This document shows positions 42,690 through 51,744 of a DNA stretch of 64,000 bases, in pieces. A model generated the notes under the pieces. The model had not been told where the DNA came from, did not search any database, and saw only the letters and a list, made by a program, of their open reading frames with translations. The DNA is from Dehalococcoidia bacterium (lineage in GTDB: Bacteria; Chloroflexota; Dehalococcoidia; Lucifugimonadales; VXLM01). Position numbers and translations under genes: made by a program. Each line of letters begins with the position of its first letter. The first letter of the stretch is position 1. The stretch lies in NCBI GenBank assembly GCA_965220255.1, contig OZ244816.1, positions 1,010,852 to 1,074,851 on the forward strand, given 5' to 3'.

Positions 42690-43451
42690 CTATGCCGCGA
42701 CGATCTTGCTCACCACGAAGATGGCCGCGTACGGCGCGGTCTCGGTGCCGGGGTAGGGGTTCAACTCGCGCATCGAGAACACGTACTGCCCGATACCCTG
42801 CGCCGAACCACCGATCGCGCGCTGATCGAGAACGAACTCGTGCATACCGAGAGGCCTTTCCCCATCGACCACGTCGACGCGCACCTTCGCGAGTCCTGAG
42901 ACGACGCAGTTGGTCGCGGCAGGACACCGTGAGTCCTCCGAAACGTCGATAAACGTGACCCTGAGTCCCTCGTCGCCGAAAACGGCCTCCTGCCCGATGT
43001 GAAGCTCGAATGGCGAGTCGAGCAGCGCCGTGACGGGGTCGCTGGCTCCTTCCTCTCCTGAAACTGCACGGGCCAGCGGCCTCTGGGTTATCACGTCCCA
43101 GATGTTGTCGATACGCGCGGACGCAACGAGGCCGTCCTCGATGGATATTACCGCCTCGTGCGGCGTCAAGGCGGCGGCGAGTGGAATGTCGGTCCTGTCA
43201 CCGTAACCCGGATGCGAGCTTTCAAACCCGAAGGTGTACAGCACACAGGTCTCGCAGTCCCCTTCTGCGCGGTCAATCAGTTCCACGCTCTCGGGGAGTC
43301 CGTCGAACCGGAAGGTCGGACTGTTTCGCAGAAAGCTCTCCGCCAAGCGCCGGTCGACCTCGTCGTCTCCGGTGTCCGATGAGCATGCCGCGAACGCGAG
43401 CAGGACCACGATGAATACGGCCAGTCCTATGACCACGCGCTTGACGCTCAT
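42690..43451 (-). CDS. Lipoprotein, hypothetical
   Basis: Start ATG 43451. Signal peptide with lipobox LLAFAAC. No catalytic motif recognised. Confidence 0.6.
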   Translation of the reverse strand: MSVKRVVIGLAVFIVVLLAFAACSSDTGDDEVDRRLAESFLRNSPTFRFDGLPESVELIDRAEGDCETCVLYTFGFESSHPGYGDRTDIPLAAALTPHEAVISIEDGLVASARIDNIWDVITQRPLARAVSGEEGASDPVTALLDSPFELHIGQEAVFGDEGLRVTFIDVSEDSRCPAATNCVVSGLAKVRVDVVDGERPLGMHEFVLDQRAIGGSAQGIGQYVFSMRELNPYPGTETAPYAAIFVVSKIVAA

Positions 43452-43566
43452 GCTTGGTTCTCTATAATGCAACATAGTCTGCGAAGCGGGCTAACGGGTT
43501 AAGTTCAGTTTTTCACACCCGCGCCGCCTCGCGCAATGTCCGCGATATCGAAAGGAGCTTTCAGCA

Positions 43567-44463
43567 ATGGGTGACAAGAGCGTAGGATTCGTCGGCCTGG
43601 GGATCATGGGCAAGCCGATGGCAAGGAACCTCATGGCCGCGGGGTACTCGCTGACCGTCTACGACGTGGTGGGGAGCGCCATAGAGGAACTGGTGACTGA
43701 TGGAGCGACCGGCGCTTCGTCGGCGCGTGAGGCCGCGGAGGCCTCGTCCGTCACGATAACCATGGTGCCGGACTCCCCGCAGTCGGAGGCAGCCATTCTC
43801 GGACCGGACGGCGTCCTCGAAGGGACGGCCAAGGGCAACGGCATCATCGACATGAGCTCCATCGCCCCGGGAACGTCCCAGAAGATCGGCGCGGCCTGCG
43901 ACGAGGCGGGCGTGGCATTCCTCGACGCGCCCGTGAGCGGCGGTGAGCCGAAGGCCATCGACGGCACCCTCGCGATCATGGTCGGCGGCAGCCAGGAAGT
44001 CTTTGACGCGCACAGGGATATGCTGGACGTGCTGGGCGGAAGCGTGGTGCTCTGCGGCGGCTACGGCGCAGGCAACACGACCAAGCTGGCAAACCAGATC
44101 ATCGTCGCAATCAATGTCGAGGCAGTTAGCGAGGCTCTCGTCCTTGCGAGGAAGGCCGGCCTCGACCCGAACGTCGTCTACGAGGCAATCAAGGGCGGTC
44201 TCGCGGGCAGCACCGTGCTCGACGCCAAGGGCACCATGATGATCGCCGGGGACTTCAATCCCGGTTTCCGCATCAAGCTCCACCAGAAGGACCTCAACAA
44301 CGCCCTCATCACGGGCAAGGAGCTTGGCGTGCCGCTCCCCGTGACGGCCCTCGTGCAGCAGATGCTCGGCTCCCTTATGAACGATGGCAAGGGCGACCAC
44401 GACCACGCCGCCATAGCAAACTTCATCGAGGACATGGCGGGAGTCACCATCGCGGAGGGTTAG
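43567..44463 (+). CDS. 2-hydroxy-3-oxopropionate (tartronate semialdehyde) reductase-like NAD(P) oxidoreductase
   Basis: GFVGLGIMGKPMARNL Rossmann motif and the overall 3-hydroxyisobutyrate dehydrogenase family pattern (..DAPVSGGE..A..GTL.IMVGG..). Confidence 0.85.
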   Translation: MGDKSVGFVGLGIMGKPMARNLMAAGYSLTVYDVVGSAIEELVTDGATGASSAREAAEASSVTITMVPDSPQSEAAILGPDGVLEGTAKGNGIIDMSSIAPGTSQKIGAACDEAGVAFLDAPVSGGEPKAIDGTLAIMVGGSQEVFDAHRDMLDVLGGSVVLCGGYGAGNTTKLANQIIVAINVEAVSEALVLARKAGLDPNVVYEAIKGGLAGSTVLDAKGTMMIAGDFNPGFRIKLHQKDLNNALITGKELGVPLPVTALVQQMLGSLMNDGKGDHDHAAIANFIEDMAGVTIAEG

Positions 44464-44691
44464 TCGGGTTCAACCTCCGTGTAGTTTCCGAACTACATTC
44501 TCTTCGAGGGGGCTACGACGAGCCCCCTCTCCCTCGGAGTCTGCCTCAAGAGTTGGATGGCCGGCGACTCGTGGGACTCCATACTCGCCCGCGCCGACCT
44601 GATCGGCGACCCTAGTTACATCACCCCCGAGGCAAGGCGGACACTACGAGGTCGAGGAGATCGAATCGTTGCGAGACGAAGGAATGGTCTG

Positions 44692-45156
44692 ATGAATAAA
44701 GAAGAGGTCATCACCCGCGTAAAGACCGAGCGCAGTCGCTGGAGCGACATCATTGCCCAGATCGACGACGATATGATGCTGAAACCCGGGGTCGAGGGGC
44801 ACTGGTCCGTCAAGGATATGCTCGCCCATGTGGTCTGGTACGAGCGAGAGATAGTTGGAGTGCTCACGGCACGTGCCTTCGTCGGCTCCGACCTCTGGGC
44901 ACTGCCGCTGGACGAGCGCAACGCCGGAGTCTATGAGGAGACCAGGAACATGACCCTGGAGGAAGTCCGCGCCGAGTCCGCAAGAGTGTTCCCTCAACTC
45001 TTGGAACTACTCGAGGCTCTCCCCGAAGACGCCTATGGAGACGCTTCCTGCTTCCCGGGAATGCCCGCTGAGTGGGAGCCGTGGTTCATAATCGCCGGCA
45101 ACACCTTCAACCACTACCTCGACCACACCCAGTCCCTCAAGCAGTTGCTGGAGTAG
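44692..45156 (+). CDS. DinB/ClbS-like four-helix-bundle protein
   Basis: Start ATG 44692. WSVKDMLAHVVWYERE and NHYLDHTQSL His-containing helices are typical of the DinB_2/DUF1706 superfamily. Confidence 0.6.
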   Translation: MNKEEVITRVKTERSRWSDIIAQIDDDMMLKPGVEGHWSVKDMLAHVVWYEREIVGVLTARAFVGSDLWALPLDERNAGVYEETRNMTLEEVRAESARVFPQLLELLEALPEDAYGDASCFPGMPAEWEPWFIIAGNTFNHYLDHTQSLKQLLE

Positions 45157-45207
45157 CTCGGCTTGGGATGCGCGTCATCGCGCCCCCAACCTGGCGCACC
45201 CAAATCC

Positions 45208-45258
45208 TTCATCGCAACCTTCATCGCGGACATGGACGGAATCACCATCGCGGAGGGC
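45208..45258 (+). pseudogene. Relic 3' end of a garR-like gene
   Basis: Encodes FIATFIADMDGITIAEG versus the genuine C-terminus AIANFIEDMAGVTIAEG at 44410-44460. 42/51 nt identical by my count. The stop codon is lost. Confidence 0.65.
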
Positions 45259-45267
45259 TGGCGGCCC

Positions 45268-45663
45268 CTATCTCGTCCAGACGTTGAACCCTTCGGCCTG
45301 AAAGTCCGAATCGTACGCGAGCGCCGTCGTGACGCCGTAGCTCTTCATGACGACGAAGCTCATGCAGTCGACCAGGCTAAGGTTGCGTTTCCCACGCCGT
45401 TCTAGGAGTTGGACGGCTTCCATGTGGTCTTCCGGGGTGACCCAATGAACCTTCAGGTGGCGCGTATCCTTGAGAAAGGTTAGCGCCGCATGGAGCCCCA
45501 ACCTCCGCTGGATGAGAGCTGCGCTTTCCAGCACAACATAGTTGTGAGTCAGGACGGGAATTTGCTGTTGAAACGCGGTCTGGAGATGTCCAACCGCTTC
45601 TTCGTGGTGAGGGTCGGCACCGTCGATAGCGGCATACGTTGCCGAAGTATCAAGGAAGATCAA
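45268..45663 (-). CDS. vapC: PIN-domain toxin VapC
   Basis: MIFLDTSA.. N-terminus and conserved acidic residues. 131 aa. 4-nt overlap with the upstream RHH gene. Confidence 0.85.
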   Translation of the reverse strand: MIFLDTSATYAAIDGADPHHEEAVGHLQTAFQQQIPVLTHNYVVLESAALIQRRLGLHAALTFLKDTRHLKVHWVTPEDHMEAVQLLERRGKRNLSLVDCMSFVVMKSYGVTTALAYDSDFQAEGFNVWTR

Positions 45664-45950
45664 TGATCGCTAAACGCTTCTTCCAATGCCTCGTCGTGAC
45701 GTTCGGACACAGGGCTCAATTCGCCTTGCTCCGAACGGCCCATTCCGATGAACGTGAGGTCTTCGATGGAGACGGGCTTTGCATTGCCGGGTACAGGATA
45801 CTGTTTTTCCCCCTGTCGGTCTTCCGGCGCGATCTGCCGCTCCACCGCCTTACGAACGAATGCCGCGAAGGAAATGCCTTCGGCGGACGCCCTCTGTTGC
45901 GCCAGCGCGTAAGTCGCCTCATCCATTCGTATGTGGGCCCGCCTCATCAT
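45660..45950 (-). CDS. vapB: Ribbon-helix-helix antitoxin (VapB/CopG-like)
   Basis: HIRMDEATYALAQQRASAEGISFAAFVRKAVERQI is an RHH pattern. Immediately upstream of and overlapping vapC. Confidence 0.75.
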   Translation of the reverse strand: MMRRAHIRMDEATYALAQQRASAEGISFAAFVRKAVERQIAPEDRQGEKQYPVPGNAKPVSIEDLTFIGMGRSEQGELSPVSERHDEALEEAFSDH

Positions 45951-46067
45951 GGTCCCGCCCTCCCGCGCGTGGTAAGCGTATTATAGCACCCCGCCTCGGC
46001 CCGGTGATTCTCAAACCCTCAGTTCCGGCGTTGACTTCAACAGGTGTCGCGAACTACCGAAATGCGC

Positions 46068-46562
46068 CTATTTCGGCAGCCTGATTTTCACTTCACGTTC
46101 GACATGGGCATCGCGGCCCCGTGCAACGTCGACGGTTGCGACAAGGGTCCAACTGAACCCCCAGGAACTGCTGGCATCGCGCTCCAGAGCCTTGGCTTCC
46201 TCGAAATGTGGCGGCGCCGAGTTGCTCACAACGAGTCTCACCCTCCTGCTCTCAATCGCGCCCCCGGTCAGCCTCGTCTCCTCCATGAATTGGACGGTGC
46301 TGTGTACGAACGATTCCTTGCGCTCCTGCGCCACGTGTCTAGTCTGTCCGGAGATGACCCTGTTGGTTGCGTAGAAGTCGGGCACGAACGACTCGCCTCT
46401 CTGGATGTAGCGCTCTTCGCAGACCAGGTCGAGACGACCGCTCCTCACCGAAACGTTGGCGCTAGGCTGTAGCTCCACAAGAACGTCGATCGTCTCGCCC
46501 AGGTTGTAGGTCCGAGCCTCAAACCCCACGCTCAATTCCAGAGGATCACCTCGTTGTATCAT
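46068..46562 (-). CDS. Hypothetical beta-sandwich-like protein (164 aa)
   Basis: Start ATG 46562 (MIQRGDPLEL..). The longer 46820 extension is Arg-rich and overlaps the VOC gene in another frame. Confidence 0.5.
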   Translation of the reverse strand: MIQRGDPLELSVGFEARTYNLGETIDVLVELQPSANVSVRSGRLDLVCEERYIQRGESFVPDFYATNRVISGQTRHVAQERKESFVHSTVQFMEETRLTGGAIESRRVRLVVSNSAPPHFEEAKALERDASSSWGFSWTLVATVDVARGRDAHVEREVKIRLPK

Positions 46563-46575
46563 TGCGCGTCTCCTG

Positions 46576-47004
46576 TTAGTCCGCCGTCGCCTTAAGCTCC
46601 TGGCTGATGCGCCGCGCCCACGGAGTTTCCGAGAATCCACTGAGCATCCCGCTGGGCAACATGAAGCGGCTCGTCGATTGGCCCCAAGATTCCGTCTTCG
46701 GCGGCTGTACGACCCGCCACCCGCGCTCGCTGATGGCGTCCGTGGCGTCCTCAACCGAGTCCACCTCGAACTCCACGGAGAAGCCGAGCGGGATGCGGTC
46801 GTCGGCAGCCTTGTCGCCATAGGTCGCTTCGGCAGCGGCGCTTCTCGACCAGATGCTGAAGTGCAACGCCCCGGATATCTCGACCGTCGCGTACCCGCCG
46901 CCCGGTTGGTGCTCGACGGTCAGGCCCAGCACCTCGCGATAGAACTCCACGGCGGCATCGACATCGTCCACCACTTCGGCAATCGCCGATATGTGCCTGA
47001 TCAC
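46576..47004 (-). CDS. VOC (glyoxalase/bleomycin-resistance/dioxygenase) family protein
   Basis: 142 aa. ISAIAEVVDDVDAAVEFYREVLGL.. is the typical VOC beta-alpha-beta-beta-beta N-terminus. Confidence 0.75.
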   Translation of the reverse strand: MIRHISAIAEVVDDVDAAVEFYREVLGLTVEHQPGGGYATVEISGALHFSIWSRSAAAEATYGDKAADDRIPLGFSVEFEVDSVEDATDAISERGWRVVQPPKTESWGQSTSRFMLPSGMLSGFSETPWARRISQELKATAD

Positions 47005-47044
47005 GTGTTCCTCCCCGTGCGCTGTTCGGAACCGACTCTTCCCC

Positions 47045-48214
47045 CTACCCTACGCCCATCAGCCTCGCCGCGTTCCCACCGCAGATCAGGTCGATGTCCG
47101 CCTGGTCGAGAAAATCAAGGTTGAGGCTGAGCGACTCGCGACTCTGCAGGTACGTCTGGAAGCGCATCACCATTGGGATGTCCGTGCCCCACATCAGGCG
47201 GTCGGCCCCCAGCCGCTCGACCACCTTCTCCAACGCTGGCCTGATCTGTCGCATGGGGAAGTCGTACATGCCCCCGCAGAAGATGGCGAAGAGTAGCTGC
47301 ACGTGGAAGTTCGGATTGCCGATCGGGAGAGCGTCGTAGGCCGCGTCCGGCACGTCGATGCCGTTCTCGTCCGCAAAAGAACGCCAGCTCAGTCCGTGAG
47401 TCAGCACGACGGGCACGTCGGGGTAGCACTCCATGAACCGGCTGATAGTCTCGAATTCCGTCAGGTCCATACCTGCGCCGCTGTCGGTGCGCGCCAACGA
47501 CGTGTAGCCCGGCGTCACGAAGAGGGGTACGCCCAGCGTGGCGAAGTGCTCCCAAAACGGGGCGAGGGGCTCACTCACCCAGTCGGTCGACTGCCCGTAC
47601 AGGGCCATGTGGTCGGGCAGCATCTGGAGGCCGTGCAGACCAAGGTCACTGATGGCGTGGTCCAACTCGGCAATAGCCCCGTCGGGGTCGGGGGCGATCT
47701 TCCACTCAGGAACGTGTGCGAGCGCCTGTATCCGGTCGGGATACGCCCGCACCGCGTCAGCGACGAGACCGTTCCCGATGCCCAGGTAAGGCGTGCGGTG
47801 CAACAGGGCCCAGTCGACCTCGGCGTAGTCCATCTCGGCGATCAGGTCGTCCGCAGTGAACTCCATGTCCACCACAGACGGCGGCATGTACTGCTTGAAA
47901 TAGTCCTCGCCGTCGGCGGTCCACTCGAACCGCCCGAACTCCGTCGCCCGGAAGTCGGCCTCCTTCAGCGCACCGAACCCGCGCGGCATGGACGGATCCA
48001 ACAGCCCGCTGTTGTCCCCTACAACTCTGTCACGACGACGCCAAACCGGCATGAAGTGCGAAGCAATGGCAAGCTGCAGATGACGTTGGAATTCATCCCG
48101 GTCCTCAAACCCGCCGTCGCCCTTCATGTCGGGAAATATGTACGCGTGCCCGTCGTAGATCATGGTGCTTGGAACGGCCTCCCGCGGAGAGTGGTCGCGC
48201 ACAGTATATATCAC
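47045..48214 (-). CDS. Amidohydrolase-2 family metal-dependent hydrolase
   Basis: 389 aa. TIM-barrel hydrolase pattern with ..VLTHGL.. and C-terminal LMWGTDIPM typical of PF04909-like proteins (from memory). Confidence 0.7.
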   Translation of the reverse strand: MIYTVRDHSPREAVPSTMIYDGHAYIFPDMKGDGGFEDRDEFQRHLQLAIASHFMPVWRRRDRVVGDNSGLLDPSMPRGFGALKEADFRATEFGRFEWTADGEDYFKQYMPPSVVDMEFTADDLIAEMDYAEVDWALLHRTPYLGIGNGLVADAVRAYPDRIQALAHVPEWKIAPDPDGAIAELDHAISDLGLHGLQMLPDHMALYGQSTDWVSEPLAPFWEHFATLGVPLFVTPGYTSLARTDSGAGMDLTEFETISRFMECYPDVPVVLTHGLSWRSFADENGIDVPDAAYDALPIGNPNFHVQLLFAIFCGGMYDFPMRQIRPALEKVVERLGADRLMWGTDIPMVMRFQTYLQSRESLSLNLDFLDQADIDLICGGNAARLMGVG

Positions 48215-48303
48215 AGGACGTTACCCCAACTTGAGGCGATGCCCCATGCCCTCAACCTACGCACCCGTGTACACTACCCGCCACCACGACAGGACGGGCC
48301 AGC

Positions 48304-48873
48304 ATGAAGCTTTACACCAAGAGCGGCGACGATGGAACGACGGGCCTTCTATTCGGCGGCAGGGCGTCCAAGGCAGGGCCGCGAACGGAGGCCTACGGCG
48401 CTATCGACACTGCCATTTCGGCCATGGGGATGGCGCGGGCTCTTTCATCCGACGAGCGGGTCAAGGACATCCTCCTGCAGTGCCAGCACGATATGTTCAC
48501 CGCCGCCACCGAGGTGGCCGTCGACCCCGCGCACTACGACCTGCTGATAGAGAACTTCTCGCCGGTCACCGGGGACATGGTCGGGCGCTTGGAGCGATGG
48601 ATCGACGCCCTCACTGAAGAGATCGACCTGCCTCCGCGCTTCATCGTTCCCGGTGCATCTGCCGCGTCGGGCGCTATGGACCTCGCACGCACACTCACAC
48701 GGGACGCCGAGCGCCGCACCGTCGCCCTCGCGGAATCGGAGCCGCCCCGCAACGACAACGTCCTGCGCTACGTCAACCGTCTTTCCGACCTGTTATTCAT
48801 CCTCGCCCGCTACGAGGACAGGGACCTGCCGTTCGAGATTACAACCGGCGAGATGCGCCGCGAGGCGGAATAG
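48304..48873 (+). CDS. ATP:cob(I)alamin adenosyltransferase, PduO type
   Basis: MKLYTKSGDDGTTGLLFGGRASK..RTEAYGAIDTAISAMG and ..FIVPGAS.. motifs. Confidence 0.85.
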   Translation: MKLYTKSGDDGTTGLLFGGRASKAGPRTEAYGAIDTAISAMGMARALSSDERVKDILLQCQHDMFTAATEVAVDPAHYDLLIENFSPVTGDMVGRLERWIDALTEEIDLPPRFIVPGASAASGAMDLARTLTRDAERRTVALAESEPPRNDNVLRYVNRLSDLLFILARYEDRDLPFEITTGEMRREAE

Positions 48874-48890
48874 CGGTCCGCTGAAGGTAG

Positions 48891-50063
48891 CTACCTGGTG
48901 GGTGGTTCGTACGAAACATCCAGCCACGGCGTCTCGATGCGAACGCCCCCGAGATAGCGGGAATCCATGAGGGCGGCGTGCGCCCCCGTCGTCAGCAGGC
49001 TGCGCTCTACGGGGTACTGGGCCCGCCCCGTCAGGAACATTTCCTGTATGGCGATCCCCTGCGCGCCGAACGACTCCTTAATGGTCGTGTCGCCGGTGTG
49101 AAACCCCGTGCTGACAGTCGCGCCCTTCACCCGTGCGGCATACGCGAATCCCCGCACGTGCCGGTCGAGCATCAGGGTCGTGGCGTGGAAGCCGTCCACG
49201 TACTCAAGTTGAAACAGAACAGGACGAACGCAGTTGTCCTCCATACGTCCGGCTTCGACTTCCGCGATGCGCGACTCCGCGTCTGCCGCGAGATCCCTCG
49301 GCCACAGTCCCTCCTCAGCCGCTTCCCAAACGGCGTCACCTTCCAGGCACCGGACAGCAGCGATACCCGTCTCACCACCCCGACGCCGCTCGACCATGCA
49401 CTGCAGCGCCTCCAACCCGTGGAAACCGTACGAGTCGAGCCCGTTCGGGTACGGATTGAAGTGGCCCAGCACCAGCGCGTCGTCGATCTCTACGCCGATC
49501 TCGTGCTCCAACCACGGCGTGCGGCCGGTGACGGGCAGGGAAGAGCCTGCCATGAATGGAATGCCGAGCTCCAACGCGCGGTCGTACATCCACCTGGCGT
49601 CTTCCCACGTGTACGCGAGATGCTTGTCGCTGAAAACCGGTATCGCGCGACCTGAGAGGCCGATCATCCCACAGACCTGCTCGAAGAAGTGCCGGCGCGG
49701 ATAAAGCTGACGTCCGCGCTCGTTGGGCGAGTAGTCGCCGTGCTCGGCGATGATGAGCACCCCGTCGACCGCAATCTCGCCGATCTCCCAGCCCGGAGCT
49801 GTCGGCCAGGGCCCGCTCATAGGCTGCTGCAGTGTCAGCGCCGACCGGATGCTGGGGAACAGCTCGATCTCGTGCTCGCGGGCGAACTCGACCCCGATAT
49901 CCTGCGGATGGAGTTGCTCCATGTACATCGAGACGACATCCACCTGCGACTCAACGATGCCCGAAGGCATCGGGAAGCCCTCCACGAACCGTGACACCAG
50001 CAGGTCGGCATGAGACCCGGGAAAGAACGTCGTGACAATCGCGGCGATCTTCTTGCGCGCCAT
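48891..50063 (-). CDS. Hypothetical protein (390 aa)
   Basis: Start ATG 50063 (MARKKIAAIVTTFFPGSHADL..). The upstream 140 codons of the 50483 ORF are Arg/Ser-rich and overlap the divergent gene region. Confidence 0.55.
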   Translation of the reverse strand: MARKKIAAIVTTFFPGSHADLLVSRFVEGFPMPSGIVESQVDVVSMYMEQLHPQDIGVEFAREHEIELFPSIRSALTLQQPMSGPWPTAPGWEIGEIAVDGVLIIAEHGDYSPNERGRQLYPRRHFFEQVCGMIGLSGRAIPVFSDKHLAYTWEDARWMYDRALELGIPFMAGSSLPVTGRTPWLEHEIGVEIDDALVLGHFNPYPNGLDSYGFHGLEALQCMVERRRGGETGIAAVRCLEGDAVWEAAEEGLWPRDLAADAESRIAEVEAGRMEDNCVRPVLFQLEYVDGFHATTLMLDRHVRGFAYAARVKGATVSTGFHTGDTTIKESFGAQGIAIQEMFLTGRAQYPVERSLLTTGAHAALMDSRYLGGVRIETPWLDVSYEPPTR

Positions 50064-50226
50064 CAGGTGAGGGCAACCTCCTCTGCAAGGTGCGGCGTAT
50101 GATATGGCCGCAGCTACGATGCGGGCAAGGCTGCGATTAGGCGGTTTCCGTGTGGCCTCCCGCTTGGACATCTCCCGACCCCGTGATACCATCGACTGGT
50201 GATCGATACCGAAATTCGAGAGAGGC

Positions 50227-50811
50227 ATGGCCGTTCTTAGCGAGCACATCGACCTGGAGCAGACGGAGTTTGCGAGCGTCGACCTTCTGGAGGGCGAGCG
50301 TACTGAGACGACCCTGAGCCTCCGCGACGACTCAAAGGGCAGGCGCAACGCACCGACCGATATGTTGGTGCTGACAGACCGCCGTCTCATCCACCTCGTG
50401 GACGACGGACGTACCCGGGATGCCGTGTTCGTCTGGCTCGGCGATATCTTCGCCGTACGCGTGGGCACGGAACGAAAGGGCAATATCGGCGGCTACATCT
50501 GGGGCGTTCTCGCGTTCATCGCCGCCTCGCTCGTCTGGACCGTATGGGACCAGCCCGTCCTTGACGTAATCGTGGCGGGCCTCGTGCTCCTCATGGGCGT
50601 CTACCTCGTGTGGGACCGCATAAACACAGCCCCCATCTTCCAGGTGACCATAAGCGCCGGAGGGTCGCAGATGACGATGAACGTCCATCGCTCAGTCCCG
50701 CCGGAGCTCGTGTACGCGTTCACCAACAGGGTGTTCGAGACCAAGGCCCGGGGCGACCGCCCCGATGACGACGACCACGACTCCCGCGCGACGTTCTTCG
50801 CGCCGGGGTAA
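50227..50811 (+). CDS. Hypothetical membrane protein
   Basis: GAGAGAGG SD. Soluble N-terminal ~90 aa, then two TM helices (IWGVLAFIAASLVWTVW, VIVAGLVLLMGVYLVW). Confidence 0.55.
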   Translation: MAVLSEHIDLEQTEFASVDLLEGERTETTLSLRDDSKGRRNAPTDMLVLTDRRLIHLVDDGRTRDAVFVWLGDIFAVRVGTERKGNIGGYIWGVLAFIAASLVWTVWDQPVLDVIVAGLVLLMGVYLVWDRINTAPIFQVTISAGGSQMTMNVHRSVPPELVYAFTNRVFETKARGDRPDDDDHDSRATFFAPG

Positions 50812-50832
50812 CCCTGCCCCTTCAATCGAGGG

Positions 50833-51315
50833 CTAGTACAGGCTCCCGCTCTGCCAGCGCCGGAACCACAGCGTCAGCAGAGCGAACACGCCCAGGATGA
50901 AGACCGCTCCCACGAAGTCCTGCGCCAGAGCCGCGTTCTTCGCGTCGCCGAGCAGCGGCCTGATCGCCATGGACGCGGAACCCCCCACGAGGATCAGGAA
51001 CGGCGCCGTCAGACCCAGCGGCACGTGCTTGAACCGACCCACCCTCACGGCCCTGAAGAACGTGGCGTCCAGAAACGTCATCAGCACGGCGAACAGGTAC
51101 GAGACTCCACCCACCGTGCCAAGCTGGCTGAACGCGACCGGAGCTATGGCATTGGCGATGAGGAGTCCCACGACCAAATAGAGAAACCTGAGAGGCCGCG
51201 CCGGTTCCCTCCATGCACCTCGCCACGCCCTTCGAGTCTCCCTCCAACGCCACGCCACCAGCTTCCCGAGCAGCCTAAGGGGCAATAAGACGACTTTCGC
51301 AAGAAGGGCAAGCAT
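50833..51315 (-). CDS. Hypothetical membrane protein
   Basis: 160 aa with 4 predicted TM helices. Confidence 0.5.
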   Translation of the reverse strand: MLALLAKVVLLPLRLLGKLVAWRWRETRRAWRGAWREPARPLRFLYLVVGLLIANAIAPVAFSQLGTVGGVSYLFAVLMTFLDATFFRAVRVGRFKHVPLGLTAPFLILVGGSASMAIRPLLGDAKNAALAQDFVGAVFILGVFALLTLWFRRWQSGSLY

Positions 51316-51361
51316 TGCCCGTCATTATAGAGGCATCTGGATTCCCGCCTCCGCCGAAAAT

Positions 51362-51683
51362 CCCCTCTCCCACGACGGGCTGACAGGGGTAGGCAAAACG
51401 ATATTGCAGCTATGATTCCGAACCCTACCTTTCTGTCATTCCGAGCGTAGGGAGGAATCTAAAGTCCATAACCGCAAGACCGGACGGCCAGTGCCGCACT
51501 TCTCATCATCACCAGCAGTTAAACCGGGCAGAATTCTCCGTGTCGGCGTTACCTTGTGACAGACACTTTAGATTCTTCGACTCCGCTGCGCTACGCTCAG
51601 AATGACAGTGGTCGGACTGCTCGCAGGTTCATGGAGAGTGGCTGATAGTCAAATACATACCCCCTCTCCCGTTCGCGGGAGAG
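51362..51683. repeat. Composite nested MITE-like repeat, copy 2
   Basis: cccctctccc..gggctgacaggggtaggcaaaacgatattgcagctatgatt..ctgtcattccgagcgtagggaggaatctaaag..[divergent core]..cactttagattcttcgactccgctgcgctacgctcagaatgacag..atggagagtgg..caaatacatacccc. Collinear with the reverse complement of 1-334. Confidence 0.75.
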
Positions 51684-51694
51684 CCGCCGTCTTT

Positions 51695-51737
51695 CCTCCT
51701 CTCCCTTGAGGGAGAGGATTGAGGTGAGGGTGAGGGT
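51695..51737. repeat. REP hairpin (cctctcccttgagggagagg + ggtgagggtgagggt)
   Basis: Member of the 14531 family. Abuts the tsaD stop. Confidence 0.75.
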
Positions 51738-51744
51738 TCCACCC

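Noticed and set aside
46563-46820. Arg-rich 86-codon N-terminal extension of ORF 46068-46820. Similar extensions are 50064-50483, 53885-54253, 63393-63485, 40717-40749 and 44557-44691.
   Set aside because: The extensions overlap neighbouring genes or intergenic repeats and have aberrant composition. Internal starts match the conserved N-termini of the recognised families.
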